This document shows positions 51,753-58,332 of a stretch of DNA of 64,000 nt, one piece after another (within the stretch, counting starts at the first letter, position 1; the number at the start of each line of letters is the position of its first letter). A program made the translations under genes and the position numbers. Source of the DNA: an uncultured bacterium. GTDB taxonomy: Bacteria > Hydrothermota > Tepidihabitantia > B3-TA06 > CAYQJV01. The stretch spans positions 22,192 through 86,191 of the forward strand of contig CAYQJV010000001.1 in assembly GCA_964417925.1 (NCBI GenBank), in the 5' to 3' direction. The notes under the pieces were generated by a model that had not been told where the DNA came from, did not search any database, and saw only the letters and a list, made by a program, of their open reading frames with translations.

Positions 51753-52163
51753 ATGAGAGGAGTAATAAAAATATTGGTTTTAGGTATGGTGGTGATGGTT
51801 ATAGCCCAGCCTTCCTATGATGAGAGGTGGGAAGGAGAGGCAGAAGGCACAGTAGTGGTGGATGGAGATACAATTGAGCCATGGGCTCACTGGACTGCCT
51901 GGGTTGAATATGATTATGTGCCTGGTAAGGATACTATTTGGGGAGTATGGCAGGATACGGAGACAGATGCATATGGAAATATATATGGTCATAGAAATGA
52001 GTCTGATGGTTCCGTTTCTGGAACATGGGATTGTGCTAATTATAATGTCTCTGGAGGATGGTCCGGAACCGCCACTGGTGGCGTAGGTAGTAAAGGCTCA
52101 GGAAAGTGGTGGATAAATGGGGAAGATAGTACAGGATGGTGGGAAGGTGAAAGAAAGGAGTAA
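51753..52163 (+). CDS. Small secreted Trp/Asp/Gly-rich protein A1 (136 aa, unknown family)
   Basis: Signal peptide MRGVIKILVLGMVVMVIAQP. Mature part is rich in W, D, G, E (WEGEAEG, GTWDC, WWINGEDSTGWWEGE). First 64 residues are identical to A2. Confidence 0.7.
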   Translation: MRGVIKILVLGMVVMVIAQPSYDERWEGEAEGTVVVDGDTIEPWAHWTAWVEYDYVPGKDTIWGVWQDTETDAYGNIYGHRNESDGSVSGTWDCANYNVSGGWSGTATGGVGSKGSGKWWINGEDSTGWWEGERKE

Positions 52164-52168
52164 AAATA

Positions 52169-52206
52169 AAGAGGGGGAGAGTTAAAAGGCTCTCTCCCTC
52201 TTTTTA
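52169..52206 (+). terminator. Intrinsic terminator/attenuator between A1 and B1
   Basis: AAGAGGGGGAGAG-ttaaaagg-CTCTCTCCCTCTT (12-13 bp stem, one G·U) followed by TTTTT. Confidence 0.6.
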
Positions 52207-52242
52207 AGGAGGGAATATGATGATGTTTTTACTTTTTTTTCA

Positions 52243-54795
52243 ATGATTATAAAAGATGATTTCCTTATATCTAAGGATAATCCAGTGCCATCTTCAAAAT
52301 CAAAGGTCTATGGGAAAGGTAGCAAAAAGGGAATCACAATTGTATGGCAAGATGAAAGGCTTGGAGGTGCATTTATAAAAGGAGATTATGCAGAAATTTT
52401 TTTCCAGAGTTTTGATTCCTTGAGGATGAAAATAGGAGGTAATAGAAGACTCGACATTACCCCTGAATGGAGGGTAAGAGTAGTGGGTGGTATAGGATAC
52501 TTTGATAAGGATGTTTCATTTCTCTGGAATACGGGAGATGGATTGTATTTTTGTAAGTATTCTAATAAAGGGGAACTTAAAATAAAAAGAAAAAGGATAA
52601 TCAGTGATGAAGAGTTTTATGGAAACTTGCGTCCTGATAAACCTGTTGGTTATTCAACTAATGAGATAAATAAAGGATTGGTATGCTTTACTGTGAGTTG
52701 TAAAAATGAAGGAGATAGAGTTTATGCTCTCTGTATCAATTCATGTGGTGAAGTTGTTCTTCCCATATTTACTGTAGATAGTATGCTTCCCGGAACCCCT
52801 TATTTCTGGAATGCAAAAGGTGCTATTTCAGATAGGGCATTTGGAGTTATTTATTGGGAAGGTGGGGTTGAGTATCGGATTAAGATATATACTCTTGATG
52901 GAAAATTTATTGATAAAATAATTTTGGGAAAGGGAGAGGGAACTCCCTATATTGAGATGGTAATGGATACCATTTATGTTGTGTGGTGTGAGTATCCTGA
53001 GATGAGCGTGTGGCTTGAGAAGTATGTTTTGAGAGAAGGTGGGGTTTCAAGGGAGTTTAAGGAGATGTTAAGCAAGGATGCATTGTGGTCTTCAAACATG
53101 CAGGTTGCTTTTGAATGGTGGGATAGGGATGAAGGACCTGTGGAAATTCCTTCTCTGGTTGTGATGACCGCATGGCATGACTGGGATGAAAAGAAGATAA
53201 AGTGCAGGGTATATTCAGGAGCAACTGGTGGTGAAATTGCAGGTGGTTCTTTTTCTCCCTCCGTTTCTGATACTGCAACTCCTGACTTTTCCCTTTTCTA
53301 TGGTGCAGGTAGGTTTCACATAGCATATGTTGACGACAGTAACCGGGTGATTGATGTTGCAACATATCTTACTCCTGATACCGAGCTTGTGTTTGCAGGT
53401 CCTCAGGTTGTAAGTGATGACAGCTGTGGTGAAGGATGGAGTGATGCAAGGCTTGCGGTTAACAGTAATGGAGATTTTGCAATTCTTTACTGGTCACCGG
53501 AAGGAAAGGCATTTGTAAAGTTTTTTGACAGAGATGGAAATCAGATATCCAAAGAGATAGATATTTCTACTCTCTTCACAACAAGATGTCCTTCAATGAT
53601 AGCTCCAATGATAGCAATGGATAATGAAAGAAATTTAATGGTAATAGCTTTGGAGGATTGGCTGGAGACTCTTCCGCCTATAAGGATAGAGTTTTATGGA
53701 TTGATTGTTAAGCCTTCAGGAGAAATAAAGAGGTTCAATATAGGGAGGTATCCTGAGGAGCTATACATAGGCGATAGTTATCTCACCTGTAATTCAAAAG
53801 GGGATTTCCTTTTCCTGTGGGATGAATTTCCATTTGGTTCTGAGGAAGAGAGAAATGTTATAAAGGGCAGGTTTTTTGATGCAAATGGAAGGCCAAAGAC
53901 AGATGTTTTTACTCTCAAGTTTCCTCTTGGCCCTATACACCCCACTGGAGCTGATGTTTTTGAGAATGGAGGGGCGGTTGTGGCGGCTGCAATGTCAAAT
54001 GCTGCACGCTCATGGGCAGTTGTGATAGACAGCACCGGTAATCCTTTGACAGAGTTAATAGAGTTTATACGCACCTATCCCGTTATTGCCTGTGATGGGA
54101 GGAATAGATGGGTGATGGCGGGATTAAATGTAAAGCCAAACTACATGGTTTTTGATAGAAAGGGCAATGTGATAAAGGATTTGCAGGTGATAGATGCATA
54201 TACATTTCCTTGGCCTTCTTTCTTTGGTCCTCGCCAGTTGTGGTGTGATATGGATACATCAGGGAGGTTTATAATCTACTGGACAGATTTTACTGAGGAT
54301 GCAAATCCTGATGTAAGGGCACAGATATTTTCAAGGGATGGTGACCCGGTATCAGAGATATTTGAGGTTCATAATCCTGATGCATTTCCTTATGAGTATC
54401 AGCTTTCTACCTGGCAGGGACTTGGAGTGACATCGGATAGGATTTATTTTATGTGGCTTGACAATCGCAGGATAAAGGGTTGGGACATATATGCAAAGGT
54501 AACGGACTGGGAGTATCCAACAGGAATTAAAGAAAAGAGAGAAAGTAAAAACTTAGATATAGAGTATTTGGGACCCCATATTTTAATAAGGTTTTCCCTT
54601 TCTTTTCCTCAGAATTTATCTATCAAACTCTACGATGTTTCAGGAAGAGTGGTAAAAAGCATCTTTTTAAAGGCAAAGAAAGGAGAAAATACAATTGAGA
54701 TAGAAAAAAATTTCCCTCCTGGAGTGTATTTTTTGAGAATAGAAGGGAAGGAAAAAGAATATAGCACTAAGATTCTCATTGTAAAAGGGAAATGA
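52243..54795 (+). CDS. Large beta-propeller-repeat protein B1 with T9SS C-terminal sorting domain. The 5' end is frame-disrupted relative to its SD-positioned ATG at 52217
   Basis: C-terminus LSIKLYDVSGRVVKSIFL…PGVYFLRIEG…KILIVKGK matches the Por_Secre_tail pattern. Internal repeats GDF-hhh-W…(I/V)xGRFFDxNGxP. SD AAGGAGGG at 52207-14 serves the ATG at 52217, whose frame stops at 52244 unless the T8 run (52233-40) gains one T. Confidence 0.7.
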   Translation: MIIKDDFLISKDNPVPSSKSKVYGKGSKKGITIVWQDERLGGAFIKGDYAEIFFQSFDSLRMKIGGNRRLDITPEWRVRVVGGIGYFDKDVSFLWNTGDGLYFCKYSNKGELKIKRKRIISDEEFYGNLRPDKPVGYSTNEINKGLVCFTVSCKNEGDRVYALCINSCGEVVLPIFTVDSMLPGTPYFWNAKGAISDRAFGVIYWEGGVEYRIKIYTLDGKFIDKIILGKGEGTPYIEMVMDTIYVVWCEYPEMSVWLEKYVLREGGVSREFKEMLSKDALWSSNMQVAFEWWDRDEGPVEIPSLVVMTAWHDWDEKKIKCRVYSGATGGEIAGGSFSPSVSDTATPDFSLFYGAGRFHIAYVDDSNRVIDVATYLTPDTELVFAGPQVVSDDSCGEGWSDARLAVNSNGDFAILYWSPEGKAFVKFFDRDGNQISKEIDISTLFTTRCPSMIAPMIAMDNERNLMVIALEDWLETLPPIRIEFYGLIVKPSGEIKRFNIGRYPEELYIGDSYLTCNSKGDFLFLWDEFPFGSEEERNVIKGRFFDANGRPKTDVFTLKFPLGPIHPTGADVFENGGAVVAAAMSNAARSWAVVIDSTGNPLTELIEFIRTYPVIACDGRNRWVMAGLNVKPNYMVFDRKGNVIKDLQVIDAYTFPWPSFFGPRQLWCDMDTSGRFIIYWTDFTEDANPDVRAQIFSRDGDPVSEIFEVHNPDAFPYEYQLSTWQGLGVTSDRIYFMWLDNRRIKGWDIYAKVTDWEYPTGIKEKRESKNLDIEYLGPHILIRFSLSFPQNLSIKLYDVSGRVVKSIFLKAKKGENTIEIEKNFPPGVYFLRIEGKEKEYSTKILIVKGK

Positions 54796-54808
54796 AAAGG
54801 AAGAAAAA

Positions 54809-54836
54809 TTGACAAAAAATAAAAAAAATATAAAAT
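54809..54836 (+). promoter_or_regulatory. Sigma-70-like promoter (TTGACA-N16-TAAAAT) for A2-B2. No UAS or sigma-54 element in this copy
   Basis: TTGACA at 54809-14, TATAAAAT at 54829-36. Duplicate of the 51712-39 element. Confidence 0.45.
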
Positions 54837-54840
54837 AGGG

Positions 54841-55254
54841 GTGGTGAGAAGAGTAATAAAAATATTGGTTTTAGGTATGGTGGTAATGGTTATAGCCCAG
54901 CCTTCCTATGATGAGAGGTGGGAAGGAGAGGCAGAAGGCACAGTAGTGGTGGATGGAGATACAATTGAGCCATGGGCTCACTGGACTGCCTGGGTTGAAT
55001 ATGATTATGTGCCTGGTAAGGATACTATCTGGGGTATATGGTGGGATGATGAGGGAGATACAGGGAGGATATATGGACACCGAGATGAAGCAAACGACTC
55101 TGTTTTTGGAACATGGGATTGTATCAACTGTGATGTATCTGGGGAATGGGAGGGAAAGGCAAATTATCCTACGACAGATAATGCACAAGGAGAGTGGTGG
55201 GTAACAAGTGGTGGAACTGGGGATGGCACATGGAGTGGGCATAGAGAAGAATAA
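54841..55254 (+). CDS. Small secreted Trp-rich protein A2 (paralog of A1; GTG start, or GTG at 54844)
   Basis: Identical signal peptide and N-terminal half to A1. C-terminal half diverged (IWWDDEGDTGRIYGHRDE…GEWWVTSGGTGDGTWSGH). Confidence 0.7.
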   Translation: MVRRVIKILVLGMVVMVIAQPSYDERWEGEAEGTVVVDGDTIEPWAHWTAWVEYDYVPGKDTIWGIWWDDEGDTGRIYGHRDEANDSVFGTWDCINCDVSGEWEGKANYPTTDNAQGEWWVTSGGTGDGTWSGHREE

Positions 55255-55260
55255 AAACAT

Positions 55261-55282
55261 GGGAGCCGGAAATCCGGCTCCC
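55261..55282 (+). other. GC-rich hairpin without U-tract between A2 and B2 (stability/processing element rather than terminator)
   Basis: GGGAGCCGG-aaat-CCGGCTCCC followed by ATAAAAAGGAGG (SD of B2). Confidence 0.45.
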
Positions 55283-55300
55283 ATAAAAAGGAGGTAAAAA

Positions 55301-57898
55301 ATGATATTTTTATTGTTTTTAATAGTTATAAAAGATGATTTCCTGGTATCTAAGGATAATCCATGCCATTCTTTTAAGTGTCAGGTTTTTGGAAAAGGAG
55401 AGGTGGATGGTTATACCATTGTATGGAGAGATGGGAGAACCGGAACAATTAATTTACCGAGTTTTTATGAGGAAATTTTCTTTCAGTGTTTTGATTCAAA
55501 TAGAGTTAAAATTGGGGATAACACAAGACTTGGGACATCTTCTGAGTGGAAGACAAGATATCTCGGGGGCATAGGATACTTCAAAGATGCAGTATCATTT
55601 ATATGGAATGAAGGATCCGGGATGGGGCAGGCAGATATTCAGGATACCATGGGAACCATTTACTTCTGTAAGTATGATAACAATAGGAATATGGTGATAA
55701 AACCTAAAAAACTCATTGATCATAATGATATTCGTATTTATCCATTTTATCCAGTACATTATTCTACCAATGGATGTAACAGAGGACTGGTATGTTTTGG
55801 GGAGATTGGAGAAAAGAAAACAAACTTTTATGCCTTGGTTATTGATTCTTGTGGAGAAATTCTTCTTCCTTTATTTGTTGTGGATACGGTTTCTGGGTCC
55901 CATCCAATTGTGAGGGGAGCAATATCAGACAGGTATTTTGCAATATTTTATTCCACCACTTTCAATCCTGCTATTTCCAGGATGAAGGTCTATTCAATTG
56001 ATGGAAAGGAAATTGATAGGATAGTTTTTGGAGAAAGCTTCAAGGCTTCTGCTATTAAAGTATTTCTTGACACAATTTATGTTGTTTGGAGTCCGTATTT
56101 TTATGATAGGGGTGAAGAGCTATGGTTGGAGAAGTATGTGGTTAAGGATGATGGTGTTGAGAGGGTATTTCAGGAGATTTTGATGAATAGATATCCAGCA
56201 AATATGCAGGTTGCTTTTGGATGGTGGGATAGGGATGAAGGACCTGTGGAGGTTCCTTCTCTGGTTGTGATGATCGCGTGGCATGACTGGGATGAGAAGA
56301 AGATAAAGTGCAGGGTGTATTCAGGAGCAACTGGTGGTGAAATTGCAGGTGGTTCTTTTTCTCCCTCTGTTTCTGATACTGCAACTCCTGATTTTTCTCT
56401 TTTCTATGGTGCAGGAAGGTTTCACATAGCATATGTTGATGACAGTAACCGGGTGATTGATGTTGCAACATATCTTACTCCTGATACCGAGCTTGTGTTT
56501 GCAGGTCCTCAGGTTGTAAGTGATGATACCTGTGGCAGGGGATGGAGTGATGCAAGGCTTGCAGTAAACAGCAATGGAGACTTTGCAATTTTTTACTGGT
56601 GCTATTATTATGACAGTCTGCGTGCCTTTGTGAAATTTTTTGATCAAAATGGAGATGAACTTTCAAAAGAGATTGAGGTTCCTCTTCGTTTCACAAGGTT
56701 TACCAATGTAACGACGGCTATGGATGATAGGAGAAATTTGATGATAATACATGCTCCTGAGGTTCTGGAAAAAAATGAGAATGGTCGTCCCACAAGGATA
56801 AGGTTTTATGGGGTTATTGTTAATCCCTCTGGAGAGGTCAAAAAGTTTACCATAGGGGAGTATCCACCTGATGAGTTTTACATGTCCTGGCATAGTTATG
56901 TTGCATGTAATTCTAAAGGGGATTTTCTTATACTCTGGTGTCATTTTCCTGGAGGGGATGGTCCTGAAAATGTTATAAGGGGCAGGTTTTTTGATGCAAA
57001 TGGAAGACCGAAAACAGATGTTTTTACTCTCAAGTTTCCCATAGGTCCCATAATGCCCACTGGGGCTGTTGTTTTTGAGGATGGAGGGGCGGTTGTAGGA
57101 GCTGCACTGTCAAATGCTGCACGCTCATGGGCGGTTGTGATAGACAGCATCGGTAATCCTTTAACAGAATTAATAGAGTTTATACGCACTTATCCTGTTA
57201 TTGCCTGTGATGGGAGGGATAGATGGGTGATGGCAGGATTAGATGTAAAGCCAAACTGCATGGTTTTTGATAGAAAAGGAAATGTGATAAGGGATTTGCA
57301 GGTGATAGATGCATATACATTTGCCTGGCCATCCCCAATTTTCCCTCAGCAGTTATGGTGTGATATGGATACATCAGGGAGGTTTATAATTTACTGGACA
57401 GATTTTACCGAGGATGCAAATCCGGATGTCAGGGCACAGATATTTTCAAGGGATGGTGACCCGGTATCAGAGATATTTGAGGTTCATAATCCTGATGCAT
57501 TTCCTTATGAGTATCAGCTTTCTACCTGGCAGGGACTTGGAGTGACATCGGATAGGATTTATTTTATGTGGCTTGACAATCGCAGGATAAAGGGCTGGGA
57601 CATATATGCAAAGGTAACGGACTGGGAGTATCCAACAGGAATTAAAGAAAAGAGAGAAAGTAAAAACTTAGATATAGAGTATTTGGGACCCCATATTTTA
57701 ATAAGGTTTTCCCTTTCTTTTCCTCAGAATTTATCTATCAAACTCTACGATGTTTCAGGAAGAGTGGTAAAAAGCATCTTTTTAAAGGCAAGGGAAGGAG
57801 AAAACAGGGTTGAAATAAAAAAGGATTTTCCCCAGGGAGTGTATTTTTTGAGGATAGAAAAAGGGAAAGTTTTACACAAAAAAATAATAATATTGTAA
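55301..57898 (+). CDS. Large beta-propeller-repeat protein B2 with T9SS C-terminal sorting domain (paralog of B1)
   Basis: SD AAGGAGGT 6 nt before the ATG. Short hydrophobic N-terminus MIFLLFLIVI. C-terminal 310 aa are almost identical to B1, including the CTD. Confidence 0.75.
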   Translation: MIFLLFLIVIKDDFLVSKDNPCHSFKCQVFGKGEVDGYTIVWRDGRTGTINLPSFYEEIFFQCFDSNRVKIGDNTRLGTSSEWKTRYLGGIGYFKDAVSFIWNEGSGMGQADIQDTMGTIYFCKYDNNRNMVIKPKKLIDHNDIRIYPFYPVHYSTNGCNRGLVCFGEIGEKKTNFYALVIDSCGEILLPLFVVDTVSGSHPIVRGAISDRYFAIFYSTTFNPAISRMKVYSIDGKEIDRIVFGESFKASAIKVFLDTIYVVWSPYFYDRGEELWLEKYVVKDDGVERVFQEILMNRYPANMQVAFGWWDRDEGPVEVPSLVVMIAWHDWDEKKIKCRVYSGATGGEIAGGSFSPSVSDTATPDFSLFYGAGRFHIAYVDDSNRVIDVATYLTPDTELVFAGPQVVSDDTCGRGWSDARLAVNSNGDFAIFYWCYYYDSLRAFVKFFDQNGDELSKEIEVPLRFTRFTNVTTAMDDRRNLMIIHAPEVLEKNENGRPTRIRFYGVIVNPSGEVKKFTIGEYPPDEFYMSWHSYVACNSKGDFLILWCHFPGGDGPENVIRGRFFDANGRPKTDVFTLKFPIGPIMPTGAVVFEDGGAVVGAALSNAARSWAVVIDSIGNPLTELIEFIRTYPVIACDGRDRWVMAGLDVKPNCMVFDRKGNVIRDLQVIDAYTFAWPSPIFPQQLWCDMDTSGRFIIYWTDFTEDANPDVRAQIFSRDGDPVSEIFEVHNPDAFPYEYQLSTWQGLGVTSDRIYFMWLDNRRIKGWDIYAKVTDWEYPTGIKEKRESKNLDIEYLGPHILIRFSLSFPQNLSIKLYDVSGRVVKSIFLKAREGENRVEIKKDFPQGVYFLRIEKGKVLHKKIIIL

Positions 57899-57968
57899 GT
57901 GAAATGTTGAAAAAGATATAAATATACAGTGACATAGTAAGAAAGTTCAAAAATTCTTCACACTCAAT

Positions 57969-57996
57969 TTGCATTTTTAGAAAAAATATGTATACT
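57969..57996 (+). promoter_or_regulatory. Sigma-70-type promoter (TTGCAT-N16-TATACT) for the small-ORF + kinase-EBP operon
   Basis: TTGCAT at 57969-74, TATACT at 57991-96. SD AAGGAGG at 58003-09, ATG at 58015. Confidence 0.45.
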
Positions 57997-58014
57997 TTCA
58001 AAAAGGAGGCTGTA

Positions 58015-58332
58015 ATGGTTTCATTACCGAAAAGTACTGTATACGGGGATGGTGTTAAAATCAACTCTTTACATGCAATACAGCTTCTTGACATGGAAAT
58101 TACATCTGTTAAAAGAAAAAGACGTGTAAAAAGTTCTTTGAGCACAATGTTCTTTATCAACCTCCTCTACAAAAAAGAATGCAATAAAATTACTGTCCAG
58201 ATGGATCCTGTAATAACTCACAAGAGTTATGACTACATAAATCATTGCTATAGAAACAGCAATAATAAAAAAGATAGTTTCCAAAAATTAAAGAAAATTT
58301 ACAACGAAGTAATAAACTTAACTAACAGGTGA
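58015..58332 (+). CDS. Small hypothetical protein (105 aa) translationally coupled to the kinase-EBP gene
   Basis: Strong SD then ATG at 58015 (the ORF track's 57988 start lacks an SD). Stop TGA overlaps the downstream GTG start (GTGA at 58329-32). No recognisable motif. Confidence 0.45.
   Translation: MVSLPKSTVYGDGVKINSLHAIQLLDMEITSVKRKRRVKSSLSTMFFINLLYKKECNKITVQMDPVITHKSYDYINHCYRNSNNKKDSFQKLKKIYNEVINLTNR

Larger units (their letters stand above)
51712..57898 (+). repeat. Tandem duplication of a promoter + two-gene cassette (A1-B1 / A2-B2) with mosaic near-identity blocks
   Basis: Unit 1 is 51712-54795 and unit 2 is 54809-57898. The 5' half of the A genes is near-identical. B segments about 53098-53440 vs 56205-56545 and about 53860-54795 vs 56975-57898 are near-identical at nucleotide level. 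Other parts have diverged. Confidence 0.85.

Noticed and set aside
53057-53365. Minus-strand ORFs of 98-109 aa inside B1 and B2 (53057-53365, 53778-54074, 56142-56471, 56321-56647, 56941-57189), appearing as paralog pairs
   Set aside because: They lie antisense within the near-identical coding blocks of B1/B2, so their paired occurrence just mirrors the duplication. They have low-complexity Q/H/P-rich translations and no SD or promoter.
54871-55284. 137-aa minus-strand ORF (and 51780-51992) antisense to the A2/A1 genes
   Set aside because: Fully overlaps well-supported A genes (SD, signal peptide, paralog conservation) on the other strand. The translations are Cys/Pro/Ile-rich nonsense.
51712-57898. 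Tandem duplication as a mobile element or IS-mediated event
   Set aside because: No transposase, integrase, terminal inverted repeats or target-site duplications flank the units. The internal mosaic identity points to homologous recombination or gene conversion.
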